From positions 37,262,001 through 37,326,000 of the forward strand of contig OX597816.1 in the NCBI GenBank assembly GCA_951406725.2: a stretch of DNA of 64,000 nucleotides, read 5' to 3'. The position numbers and the translations under genes are program-made. The stretch comes from Octopus vulgaris. Taxonomy: Eukaryota. Positions 42,337 through 55,838 of the stretch are shown here, in pieces. The stretch's first letter is position 1, and the number at the start of each line of letters is the position of its first letter. The notes beneath the pieces were generated by a model that had not been told where the DNA came from, searched no databases, and saw only the letters and a list, made by a program, of their open reading frames with translations.

Positions 42337-43110
42337 GTAAGCCTAAAATCTCTGATTCTGTCATGTTTTATGACTTTTTTCTATATAACTATTTTTTTTA
42401 AATATTGATTTGTATCGATTTCTGAATTTATCATAAACTATTTGCTTTACTCACTGTCTATTTCTTCCCCCTCCTTTCTCTCTCTCTCTCTCTCTCATCT
42501 TTATTTCTTTGCTGTCTAACTATATTATTTATATTCAATAACTCTCGAGGAATCATTTTTTTTATATATATCATTCATCCATTCAGCATTCTTTAAGTAA
42601 CTATACGTATTTCTTTTCTCTTAAATCATTAACTGAGATCATTCTTTTTTTTTTTTTCAAATTCTTTCTAATCTATATAGTCTTCATCTCTAAATATTCC
42701 ACACCTCTTCCAATACATGTTCTCCTTGTAAGAAACACTTCTGTATTTTATAACATCTTCACAAACTACTTACATTAAAACTTTCAGTTTTAACAGTTGA
42801 GCTCATTCAAATATGCTAAACCACTCAATAAAAACACTAACGACTTCATTTTCCCCTTTCTTTAGCCCGTTTCATCAGTAGGACATACTTTAGCTGAAAA
42901 ACAGTATTGCCAAACGTATTTATTATATTCAGTATTCACAACGCTAACTCCTAAGTGTTGTTGTTGCTTTCTCCCCCAGGCTCATAGATCATAACAATAC
43001 TACGTGGACCATTCATATTTTTCAAATACTTTACCTGTTATGAAGGAATAAAGAAATAAAAAGAGAATGAAAGAAGCCTTTGCACACACATACACTCACA
43101 TTTAGACATG

Positions 43111-43144
<34 letters not shown>

Positions 43145-43894
43145 AATATGTTCGTGTATGCGTGTGTGTGAGAGAGACTGTATATAAATTAGAAATATAA
43201 GTATATAGATGGACGTGCATGTATGCACGTGTATATACATGCGCATATACTCTCTTTCATATATGTGTGTGCGTGAAGATACACACGTTTTGTTTTCGTT
43301 CCCTCTCTGTTGTTAATTTATATAATGTAGTAATGTTTTTTTTTTCCTTGCCGGGACTCCGTAGACCAGCTATTTAAAGAATAAAAAAGAATTAAAATAA
43401 AATAATTTCTAAGGAAAAGGAATTACAACCGTGTTTCGTGGTCTGCTATCACAACAGCTCCTTTATAGTATCCAGTTAGCTCAAGACATCATCAGGAGGA
43501 AGCACGTCCGGTTTCGGCCCCTACTCCTCTACCGTTTTGACGTGGCGGGGCCCCCATTTTCGGCGGTGTCGTCAGCTCTGGTGATGGGTGTATGTCTTCT
43601 TTTCTTCTTTCTTCTATTCCCTGGCCTCTTCCATGTAGCGTCAACGAGTATCAGCGGGCGACTGACTGACTTGTCAATTTTTCCCCTTTCTATGAGTGGA
43701 ACAAGATATCAAATTCTCATCTCCTAACATGTATTTTTCCTCCCACTATATAAAAAAATCCTTTGAACCTACGCAATATCGTTTAATGTTTTTTTTTAAG
43801 TCCGGAACTCTCTTGTCTAGCTATTTAAAGAATAAAAAATATAATAAATCTTAGAAGTTCGGACAAAATCTCAAATCTCATCCCTTCTTCTGCA

Positions 43895-44125
43895 TTCCTC
43901 CTCTTGTCTTGTCTTGAGACAGCATTCACCCGGGATGGGTTGAGCTGGCTTCATTCATCCTCAACGCTGCATCTCTCACAAACGCCGACCAGACCTGGCT
44001 ATTTGAGGCTAACGACCGCGTGATCTCCAACCACTCCTTATTCCAGCGGCGAACGCCGTAGATATGGGGTCCTAGGTTGGGTTCTAGATCAGCCTTGACT
44101 GTCATCAGCCAGTGTTTTTCCTCCT
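43895..44125 (-). mobile_element. RTE-like LINE 3' end
   Basis: KHWLMTVKADLEPNLGPHIYGVRRWNKEWLEITRSLASNSQVWSAFVRDA..PG*; (CAAGA)n tail. Confidence 0.75.
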
Positions 44126-44853
44126 CCCACTATATCAAATATATTTACTTCCCTCTTTATCTTTTAATATTTTTTTTACTTCGACTTTGCCGTCCAGTGA
44201 ATTACAGATTAAAAAGAAAAGAAAATAAATTTATCTTTTGAAGTTAGAGCAGGATATCTGATTTTATTCCCCTATTTGGGATTCTTACTCCTACTACAAC
44301 TTTTTCCCTGCCTCCCTCCCAGCTCCTGTCACCCTAATGATGTTTTTGTATAAATTACTAACTAGGGTAAGCGAATCATTCTGTGGCTGAAGCTAGCCAG
44401 GAATCATAAAGTGGCACATAATGTTGATTCGTGGAATGACTTTTTTAAATGTTTAATTCACCCGATGAAAACGGATTCATTCGCATGAAGTCATAACTTT
44501 ATTCATAATTTTTTTTTTTAAATCATTTGAAACAGCTGTAGTGAATGAGCCAATTTTCATCTGTTGTTATATGCTTATTATTCGCCTTACTCGAAACCTG
44601 CAGTTAGCGTGGATCTGGAGTCCTTTCAGTGCAGCACAAATGGCGCAGTGTAAAGCTCTAAGACTCGTGGTATATTCAGTCGGGCGCTTGTGATCATATA
44701 TGCAACTGGAATATTGATCCATCTGTACTTCGGTATGTGCGTATATTTCTGTTCCTCTAATTTTGATTTGTACACGATGCTCCTTTTGCTGACCCGAACT
44801 TGGTGCTTTACTATTTAGGTAACTGACTCACTTCAACCTCGAACTATATATAA

Positions 44854-44925
<72 letters not shown>

Positions 44926-45179
44926 AAATAGAAAGATGAATTTTCTTGTTACAGATTATTCAAAAGTTTAACCGATACCTGGGTAGCAAAATGTAATAAA
45001 AGGAATTCTGTACAATCTTCGTTCAACTCCACTTCTTCCATTCAATAATAATATTATATATATATATATATATATACATATGCATATACATATACATATA
45101 TACATTTATATATATATATTACGTCATATGTAAACAAACATTAGTTTGTTTTTCAAGCGCTGAAATATATTGTAGAACA

Positions 45180-45347
45180 AGTAGAAAGATATATTTCTTC
45201 AACGCGTAAGTACTGAGAGAACAGCAAATATATGAAATAAAATCCTAACAGACCAGAAAAATCTATCGGATTTTTCTGCTCTGTGAGTATTTTATCCTAT
45301 ATATATGCTGTTCTGTCAGTACTTGCGCGTTGGAAAGATATATTGTC

Positions 45348-45350
<3 letters not shown>
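45180..45350. repeat. Imperfect hairpin of about 170 bp between (TA)n tracts
   Basis: CAACGCGTAAGTACTGAGAGAACAGCA / TGCTGTTCTGTCAGTACTTGCGCGTTG, closed by CAGAAAAATC..GATTTTTCTG. Confidence 0.88.
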
Positions 45351-45390
<40 letters not shown>

Positions 45391-45537
45391 AACGTGTGTG
45401 TATATTCGCGCATAACTTATATGTAACTCGTATTTGACGACATACATTTATATAAAATACATGCACATATAATTATATTTAAAATATATATGTTAGATAT
45501 ATATAACACATATTTAATATATGCATATATTTAATAC

Positions 45538-45576
<39 letters not shown>

Positions 45577-45613
45577 CAAGTGTTAAAGTAATGTTATTAT
45601 TTAAAAGAAAGTT

Positions 45614-45810
45614 AAGGTGGCAAGCAGCCAGAACCGTTAGCATGCCGGGGAAAATGGTTAACATTCATATCTTCTTAATTGAAATTCCGTCGAGGTCGAC
45701 ATTTTTATCATTTCAGGATCGATAAAATAAGTATCATTTGAAAATTGGGCTTAATGTAATCGACTTATATCACACCCGAAATTACTGGTTTTGTGCCAAA
45801 ATTTGAAACA
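45614..45810 (+). mobile_element. SINE family B, old
   Basis: Diverged head and core. Confidence 0.7.
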
Positions 45811-48255
45811 ATTACTTAAAAACAAGTTTAAGGTTAACAACGGAACATTTGCTGATGAGGTTATTCTGTTAGGTTTTTTTCACGTGAAATGACGCATTTT
45901 TAATTACTTGTTATTTCAGTTATTTAAATGCTCTGTTTATGTATACCTTGCATTTAATCTTGACTCTTTCCCTTTTCCAACAATATTGGTATACAAAATT
46001 CTTACCCACAGACCTTATGAAAATGATAACAACCAAACTATGTTGAGTGATTTTCTTCTATGAGTACAGGCATAGCAACGACGTCAATGGCTCTGAGTCT
46101 AATCGACTAAGAAGCAAAGAGCAGGGCAAGCAAGCTGTTTTTATTAATGGAACACTAGACATTCTAGAAACGTCCAAGAAAAACGCGAAGCTTCTTGACT
46201 AATTAAGAATTACTTCTCATGGAATAGATGTTTCGAGAAACTTATTAAAGAGAGATAACTCTATAAAACTTTCTGCAAGACAGATCATTCAACTATTTTA
46301 GCTACAGACCTCAAACTACTACAAGTTGATACACGTATCTTAATGTCCCAATCAATTTTATCTTCACAATGTATTTAATATGTGTACTTGTATGTGTACT
46401 TATGTTTGTGATATGTATGTAATTTAAACACTTTTGTTTGTGAGGACAACTGTCATTGACGAGGGTGAATTTCAGCCTGTTTTCGTAAACAAAATAGCAA
46501 CTGGCTAATTGTGTTCTGTTATCCTACTATGTAACCCTAAATTTTAACAGCTATTTCTATTCTTCGCATCTTAGTTTCAAGATTAAGAACTTTGATTATT
46601 TCTTCACAGTTCCCTGTGGAAAAGATGTGTTTCCCAATAAAAGAAATATTTGAATTTTGCTACACGGAACACTAGAACGAACAAGTATCTATATTAATTC
46701 GGCTATTGTATTTTATCTCATATCCTTTATCCTAATTATATTTAAGTTATAAAAAGGCGTTGACTTCGTATTTGAATAACGGAAAGTTGTATTTCATTAC
46801 AATAATGGAGATCTTACTAACCTCCTATGATAATTATACACAACTTTAAAATCATTTGTTTGTATAATCTAATGCAATGGAGGTAAGCTATTAAAACACG
46901 TCTGCTATTGAAAAACAAACAAAAAACAATCTGTATACGTACAATACAGCAAATTCAAATTTGCAATTCTTATAGTTTTCTCTTTATGCTTAATCAGTTA
47001 TTATTTCAACAGTAAAAATTGAAAACGTGAATTATACATATATGTGTGAGTGTATGTTTGTGGATGTGGAGGTGTGTGAGCGTATGGGTACCTATATGTT
47101 GTACATTTATGAATACATATGTATATGTACGTGTATATATAATTCTATCCTCTTGTAGACACATACGGAAAATGCTTCGTTTATAATGCATTTATTTCGA
47201 TATATAAATAACGATATGCAATTCCATGCACGCATGTGTCTATACTTATATAATTACGTCAGAAATATATAAGTACACACCAATAATTATTTTATAATTA
47301 CATAATATTTTGTATCAAACATTTTGAAAGATACCCTTTCTTAAGAGAAAGCTACAAAGAGCACACTAATTTCGACTTCCTTCTGACCTACGATTTGAAA
47401 CAAATTAAACTGCTGTTATCTATTAATATACTTTTCTGAACCCGAAAATAGCTTCTATACTAAGAAAAATTGTGTTGGTTGAAGTTTTCTTCTGGCCTGG
47501 ATATAGGACATCTCTTCTGCCCTTTATTTATGCGACCGACTGTACCTTAAACAATAATAACTTTCCTCTATCAATCCAGAAAGCCTGTTTTCACTATCCA
47601 TTTTTCTCAACCTACAACCGATATATACTTTCTCGCTGTTCTCATGCCCCTTCCTGCACATTCATCTTTCCTACCTCTCAGCACCACATCTACCGCTAAC
47701 ACATTACTCCATCTGCCAAATACATATTCTACCAAAGTGCATATCAAGTCAGAAAGACCAGCGTAAACCACAGTCAGATTACAGCTAGGAAGCCGAAACT
47801 TTAAGGTCAGGATCGAAATTTTCCTTGTAAAGATAAATAAATGCGTATCTTCTAAAAAGAATTGAATCATCATTCAATTTAATGGTAACTTGTTTTTATA
47901 TAATTTGATATAAGAGAAAACATTTACATACATACATACATACTATGCGCATATGTTTGTATATCATATGAAAATATATTAATGTTGAATTATCGAGATC
48001 AAATCTTCGACGACGATGAATGTTTAAAAATTGTATGAATCTCGTTAGTGAGTAAACAGAAACTGGAGAATATGTCAATATTTTGATCAGTATGAAGTAA
48101 TTAGATTTTCTATACCTAGAAGTCAATTGAAGTGGAAACAAAATATTGCAATACAATACGTAGGAAATATATTGAGAGGGGAGAAGCAGAATGATTCAAC
48201 ATTTCCGAAACACTTAACACAGAAAATGCCATCTCTCTGATTGACCGGCAAAATT

Positions 48256-48296
48256 CACACACACACACACACTAACACACACGCACACACACACAC

Positions 48297-48349
<53 letters not shown>

Positions 48350-48661
48350 CACACGCACGCACGCACGCACGCTCACACACATATATGTATATATACATAT
48401 AATATATACATATGTGCACATATATATGTATGTTTAGGTATATATATATGTGTGTGTGTGTGTGTGTGAGTGAGTGTTCGCATGTGTGTGCGTGCGTGTG
48501 TGCATGCGTGCGAGCGTGTGTGTGTGTGTGCGTGTGTGTGTGCGTGCGTGTGCATGCGTGCGTTCGTGTGTGTGTGCGTGCGTCTGTGTGTGTGCGCGTG
48601 TGTGTGTGCGTGTGTGTGTGTGCATGCGTGCGTTCGTGTGTGTGCGTGCGTCTGTGTGTGT

Positions 48662-48740
<79 letters not shown>

Positions 48741-48762
48741 CGTCTGTGTGTGTCTGTGTCTG
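48256..48762. repeat. Complex (CA)n..(TG/CG)n alternating purine-pyrimidine tract
   Basis: Direct reading. Confidence 0.9.
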
Positions 48763-49047
48763 TGTAGTAAAACTGAAATGCAATATTAACGGTATATTAG
48801 CGATAGAGAATCTGGTATGTTGATAAGTGTCTCTGAAATTGACAAACCTTCTAAGTGTATAAATAGATATCAACTCATACACTAATAATATGAATAAGTA
48901 TAATGTACTTAAAGAACTTTAGTGGATTTTGATAGGAAATAATATGATTAAAGAATTTGTGGATACTTTCCAAACTCAGAGTAATAATATAATGTTTACA
49001 ACTATAAAAATTACTTCATTTATATATGTATGTTTCTGTGTACATTT

Positions 49048-49118
<71 letters not shown>

Positions 49119-49300
49119 CTTTCTATCTATTTATCTATCTATCTATCTCTATCTCTATCCATCTATTTCTCTCAATCTCTATGTCTCTCTATCTATCTAT
49201 ATATATATATATATATATATATGCATATGTATACATAACCTATATATGTATGTGTGTCTGTGCGTGTCTGTGTGTGCGTGTGTGTGTGTGTATTTATAAT

Positions 49301-49332
<32 letters not shown>

Positions 49333-49734
49333 CTGACGTTTATAACTATAAAATTGAATTTATGGATTACCTAAATATTTCCTTGTCTCTCTCTCTTTCT
49401 CTCTCTCTCTCTATGTATGTATGTATGTATGTATGTATGTATGTATGTATGTATGTATGTATGTATGTATGTATGTATAGACATGTGTGTGTGTGTATCA
49501 ATACATGAATATGCACATTTTTATATTTATATGTGTGCATCTATGTATGTACGTGTGGATGAATGTATACTAAGGCCTTGATTGCCGAGCAACCAAACTC
49601 AATCCCTTTCTTCATCTGAGATCCTCCTCAACAACCTCCGCACTGACGCTGATGTAAACCTTAGAGATTTTACCAAGATTGGCGGGGATTGCGCAGACCA
49701 CAGAAAAGGAGTTGTTGCTATTTACCTTCACAAT

Positions 49735-49900
49735 TCCGATAGTGTTGTACATACAGTAAATATGTTTGAAAGTTGTGGTTTCTTTGGTATGTTTATTCCC
49801 AAGCAACACTTATTTTAGTGCTGTTGACACCGCCGGATTGAGTGGTACTGCCCAGGTGTCGAAACCATAATGATATCCGTGGGGCAGCTGATGATGGAAA
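49735..49900 (+). repeat. Left arm of inverted repeat (partner about 52328-52497)
   Basis: AAATATGTTTGAAAGTTGTGGTTTCTTTGGTATGTTTATTCC.. occurs reverse-complemented at about 52430-52475. Confidence 0.88.
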
Positions 49901-50571
49901 AGACGTATTTTCATATGGTTACTACAAATCTGTGTCGATATATAACAAATCCTATGATTTATAATTCTAATAACTCGTATCTATTCTGATTATTCTGGTA
50001 CATAATTGGTTATGTACAGATAGCTTCAACCATCTCTACACTGCTTGTAAGAGTGCTGCCAATAAACTGAACTTTCTCTTCGACAAATCATCTCTGGGAA
50101 TATATTAATGGTGTCTGATTGCAACCTTCCTTTTGTGGTTTGATCTATAAATAACCTGAAACCAAGTACATACATCTCAACCGCGGACAAAACGGCGATA
50201 GAGATACCTTTCAAATTTAGCAAGGATTTTTCCTTGTCCCAACTCGTACTTTAGTGAACGAGACTCAACAAAAGTGTGTGGGGGTCGAGTGTTGAACGAC
50301 CACGCTAGCAGAATTCATATCACATTCGAAAGACCCTTCCATCAGACCATGACATGGTACATTGTAGCCTTGTCTTTCAAGCCCTAATTTTAGATCAAAA
50401 CCACTGACTTCGGAGTACCCATGGACCTACATTAAGTGAGCTTGAAATTACACATAACCTTTCATTTGTTGACTGATCGTTCACTCTCAGTAACTCGGAT
50501 GTAAAAGTGCCTTGAGACTTATCTACGTCATTATGTTTTTCTCTCGCACGAATATGAGTGGATAAGCTACC

Positions 50572-50925
50572 ATTCTTGCTCACAACATCATAAGCGGAAA
50601 ATGTAACCTCTCGAAGGAGCTGTTCTTCACTCCTGCTCCAAAGCGTCGGCTGCGGGGTCATTCCGAAAAGCTCTATCTGCGACGATTTCATCTCAATCGA
50701 AGGAGAGGGGCTTTTTCCGTCCGGGTTGCGGATCCGTCGAATAAGCTGCCGGACGAGATGGTGAAGATGCCGACGACCGCTCGGTTCAAAGTCTCCCTTG
50801 ACCACAAGTGGCCTGAACTCTTTACATGAACACCACCCTGTACATAACTCCATGTCTCCCTACATGGCCTTGCTTTTTTGCTTTTTGAGCCAAAAAACTA
50901 ACTAACTAACTAGCTAACTAACTAA
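50572..50925 (+). mobile_element. CR1 LINE 3' end with (CTAA)n tail
   Basis: Plus frame: LRGHSEKL..RRGAFSVRVADPSNKLPDEMV..FKVSLD. Confidence 0.9.
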
Positions 50926-51408
50926 CATATATCAGCCTTTTTGAAAGTGTTTCCTTTTAAACCGAGACATGACTACATCATCTGTAGAGGTTTTGCTTTT
51001 TGACAGAAATTGGTATAGTGGTATTCAGGATGGGACGAGTATGTAATATTGACGTGGCTTTGGTTGTGGTTGGAGATTTGTGAGACTATGTTGTCTAACA
51101 AACGCTGTTTTACGTAATTTTGGTTAAATATTTTCTGATATATATGTGAAGTGAAAACTATGTAGCTGGTAGTAAGAGGAGTTTCTTTACTATGTTTCTG
51201 GATACGATTATACTATATGAGGTATTATACCATATTATCTTCCATTTTTTTTTATTGAGTTTTTTTTGTGGTGATTATGCTAAGCATGTAAGAAGAAGAT
51301 AATAAGAAATTCCCCAAAGATGAATAATCATAGACCCCGAATGTTTGTGTGTAATAGCATGTGTGCGTGTGCATATACAATATGTATGTGTGTGTGCTTG
51401 TATGTTTT

Positions 51409-51446
<38 letters not shown>

Positions 51447-51767
51447 GGTATTTAGGTAAATATATATATATATATATATGTAGGTATTTAGGTAAATATA
51501 TATATATATATATATAATTATATATATGTATGTATATATGCATATATATATATGTATGCATGTATGTATGTATGTATGTATGTATGCACGTATGTTTGTA
51601 TGTATGCATGTATGCAGGTATGTATGTATGTATGTATGCACGTATGTTTGTATGTATGCATGTATGCAGGTATGTATGTATGTATGTATGTATGTATGTA
51701 TGTATGTATGCATGTATGTATGTATGTATATATGCATGTATGTATGTATGTATATATGTATATATGC

Positions 51768-52275
51768 ATGGTCGGGTCGTCGGCGACTAAACCGGCAACC
51801 CCACCAAGCTTGCTTGGTGAGGAGGGTGTTTATTGGACACCCTGCGGGGTGAAAAACAAAACCCGTCAAAGGGCGGAGGAACTATTGAGAGTCAACGGCC
51901 ATCCAATAAATGTCTTAAAGGCTGTATCATGCGCGGGGACATAGAAATAATCGGACTGAATACCCGATCGCACGGTTAAACCATTGGGAGTGAAGGACTC
52001 CTAGCCTTCGTTAGATCATCCTTCTAGGAAAAGGTAACTCAGGTAACTGGGATAACTCCGACATAAAACCTGTGGCTCAGTGGTTACCGATGATGTTGAC
52101 TTGTTCTTCTTTTTGGATTATGGCTGCTGTTGCTTAGTGACTGGGATTAACTCAGTGCACAACCTTTCCTCACTTTAAAAATAATCTTCTTGCACAGGCA
52201 TTGTACGATAACAACATTGATTAAGCTTCGTGCAATGGCCATACTCGATAACGAGGGGACAGGGGCAGCCACCAT
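51768..52275. mobile_element. GC-richer, hairpin-dense non-coding insert (retroelement UTR or SINE-like)
   Basis: Sharp composition boundary within (TATG)n; hairpins CACCAAGC/GCTTGGTG and AGGGTGTT/GACACCCT. Confidence 0.45.
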
Positions 52276-52763
52276 GTATATATGTATCAAAAGGATATAC
52301 AAAAACAGCTATACCAACAAACCAACATACTTCCATCATCAGCTAACCCACGGATATCCTTATAGTTTCGACACCTGGGCAGTACCATTCAATCCGGCAG
52401 TGTCAACAGCACTAAAATAAGTGTTACTTTGGAATAAACATACCAAAGAAACCACAACTTTCAAACATATTTGCCTTATGTACAACAGTATCGGTAAATA
52501 CATTCAATAAGTAAATCTATAACCAACTCCTAAATATGTAACTAAACGTATGCATGTATGCAAGTATGCATATGTATGTATATATAATATGCCTGTTTAT
52601 TCTATATTTGTGGAATTATACATAACTTAGGTTTCATACGTTAGTTAATGCAATTCTCAAATGTTCCACTTTTAAAATAGTGGTGAAAATATTCTCTATA
52701 TACGTACGCATACATATACGCGTATGTGTGAATTTATATATAATATATATATATATATATATA

Positions 52764-53933
52764 CTAGCTGAAGGTGACCCGCTCTACGCGCGGGTAAGAG
52801 TGTGATTGTTACTTTCTGTTGCTTCCTTTCAGCACGTAAAAAGCACCATCCGAACGTGGCCGATTGCAGCGCCGCTTTGACTGGCTTCTCTGCCGGTGGC
52901 ACATAAAAAGCACCAACCGATCGTTGCCGCTGCGAGCCCCCCTGGCACCTGTGCCGGCGGCACGAAAAAAGCACCCACTACACTCACAGAGTGATTGGCG
53001 TTAGGAAGGTCATCCACCTGTAGAAACACTGCCAGATCAGACAGGAGCCTGGTGCAGCCTCCTGGCTTCCAAGACCCCGGTCAAACTGTCCAACCCGTGC
53101 TAGCACGGAAAACGGACGTTAAACGATGATGATGATGATGATGATTCTCCCTCTGTGTTTCTCTCTCCTTTCTCTCTCACTTTCCCACTCTCTTACTTTT
53201 CTTTTCTCTCGGACTCTCCCTCGCTTTCTCTTACTCTCTATATTTATCTATCCCTCTCCCATTTATAAACAACAAAAGATCTTGAGTAAGTTGAGAAATA
53301 AAATATTTAGAAAGATCAATCATAAATATCAGGCAGTGGCAACGGAAAGGTCTGCTTCAAGGCAGACAGCAAAACGCTAACATTTAAAAGGGACAGACGA
53401 ACTTGCGAGCTGAATAAAAATAATAAAATATTGGAAACCAAAGTTTGAAGGGATAGAATGTGAGGATAACAGAGTCACCATGGCTGGCATTTCTTAACGA
53501 CGGACAGCAACGTATTGACAGTTTAACGGCTGGCGTAAAATTTTGAACTTAATGTAAAAAAAAATTCGTAAACACCAAGTTTTGAAGTGATTCTTTCTCA
53601 CGACAGTAGACTCACCATGGCAAGCATTCAAAACTTCTTCATCATGGACGGCAACGATTAAAAGGCTGGCGCAAATTTTTTAGCTTGATGTAACAGAGAA
53701 TTCCTAAACACTCGCTCCTTTAAATTTTAATCCCCTTCCATCCCATTTAGACCCCTTTTCACATTTTGGTTAGTATAACCCGATTTCATTCGGGTGTACT
53801 GGGGCCACATTTTATAAGATGAGGAATTTTGTCCTAGAGGTCACGCCTTATAGTTGTCATGCAAACTTGCCAACACTTTTAACATAGGTGTGCATATTTT
53901 CAGCTGAACCGACCGACCACATAATGCACACAT

Positions 53934-53945
<12 letters not shown>
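52764..53945 (-). mobile_element. Non-autonomous Helitron-like element
   Basis: Minus-strand 3' end ACCCGC-N7-GCGGGT-N9-CTAG|T; internal diverged duplication 53470-53575 / 53608-53712; 5' boundary approximate. Confidence 0.6.
52832..53144 (+). mobile_element. SINE family D 3' part with (GAT)n tail
   Basis: Three GCAC(G)TAAAAAGCACC-like subrepeats, GGCGTTAGGAAGGTCATCC block, GGACGTTAAAC(GAT)n end. Confidence 0.8.
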
Positions 53946-53967
<22 letters not shown>

Positions 53968-54899
53968 CACGCATTATATATACAAATTACATATATATAT
54001 GTATAAATTAAATTAGAGATAAAACCACTAATAGGCAAATGAAACAGTAAAAAACCAAAAACAAAAACATAAAAATAAAAATATAATATAGAAAATATAT
54101 AAAATATAAAATTGAAAAATTTAAATTATTTAAATTTAAAATTAAAATTATTAAATTATATTTATAATTTGTTTAAAAATATATATAACTATCAAAAAGT
54201 ATTAAAAAGTTTAATATACATAAACACAGATATATACACTTTGTATATATACATTATATATACATATTTATACATAGAACACACACACACACACACATAT
54301 AAATGAACGCAAGAAAAATCTGATTCATAATATTTCTTCTCATGATTGTGTGTTGTTTGTGGCGATGATAATTCTCTCTACGAATGCAGACAGCGAGATA
54401 AAGAACGCCGTTTGACGAACTTATAAAGGGAAACTGAAGGGGAGTTAGAGGGGAATGGAGAAAATAGAGTGAGTGAGGAAGACAGATACGTAAAAGAACG
54501 AGAGTGGACTTGTCAAAGTGGGTTTTTGGCCCTAACAACGACACCTTTTAAGATAGGGATTTCTAAGGTAGCCCACGGGCATCGTCACCTCATTTTACAT
54601 GCCCCTGTAAATTTTGGAGTCAATCCGACGGGATGTAGTGGCCTTGAAAGCGATCCAAGCGGTGGAAACGCATTTCAGTTTTATATAGAGAGATATAAAA
54701 GCATATACACCGAAAAGCGTGTATGTGTGTTTGAATGTATACGCATACATATATGCGTATGTGTGAATTTATACATAATATAAATACATTTATATATATA
54801 TATATATAAACATATAGATCGAAAAACGTGTGTGTGTGTTTGAATGCATGTGCGCATGCGTACTAACACCTGAAAGTGTATTTAATTGATATGCAATAG

Positions 54900-55330
54900 C
54901 GCAACCATTACATGGTTTAAGCAAATCATTGATAAACTCAATAGCAAATTTATCCAATTTTGATATCGTGGGTTTTTACTACTCCGTCTCTAAAACAAAT
55001 ATCCTCCAGCAAGCACTTGTGTACGACATAGTATACGCAACTAATATTGATATTGTCATTACCGTCATAGTGAATTCAAGTAAATATTTACTCTTCCACG
55101 ACGACTCATATGGATAAAAAAAGGAATGACGGCGAAAACCTTGATGCTCCTATGGGGAGCCACGATTGGGAAGTTATAACGGATATGGTTAGCATTTATA
55201 TTTTGCATAAACTCGGTAACGAAATAGAAGGGGCTAATATAGATCTGTATAGGGACGATGGTCTAGGATTTGTGAACAACAAGCATAACAATGAAATGAA
55301 TGTTATAAAAAATAAAGCTGTAGAACACCA
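54900..55330 (+). mobile_element. PLE reverse-transcriptase fragment
   Basis: FDIVGFY.SVS, LDAPMGSHD..EVITDMVSIYIL, LYRDDGL. Confidence 0.85.
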
Positions 55331-55363
55331 TTCAATATATTAGAGTAGTATATCCACGGATAT

Positions 55364-55766
55364 AGGCGTAGGAGTGGCTGTGTGGTAAGTAACTTGCTTA
55401 CGAACAACATGGTTCCGGGTTCAGTCCCACTGCGTGGCAACTTGGGCAAGAGTCTTCTACTATAGCCTCGGGCCGACCAAAGCCTTGTGAGTGGATTTGG
55501 TAAACGGAAACTGAAAGAAGCCCATCGTATATATATTTATATATATGTGTGTATGTGTGTGTGTTTGTGTGTCTGTGTTTGTCCCCGCAACATCGCTCGG
55601 CAACCGATGCTGGTATGTGTTTACGTCCCCGTAACTTAGCGGTTCGGCAAAAGAGACCGATAGAATAAGTACTAGGCTTACAAAGAATAAGTCCTGGGAT
55701 CGATTTGCCCTACTAAAGGCGGTGCTCCAGAATGGCCATAGTCAAATGACTGAAACAAGTAAAGAG
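55364..55766 (+). mobile_element. SINE family A, full length
   Basis: Complete head to tail. Confidence 0.93.
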
Positions 55767-55838
55767 TAACGAGGATAGCAAATAAAAGGGACGTAGATAT
55801 AAATGCAACTTCAGTATCACAGAGAGGCAAAATGTCAA

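Noticed and set aside
50395-50853. 152-aa minus-strand ORF as a gene
   Set aside because: It is largely antisense to a CR1 ORF2 C-terminus on the plus strand.
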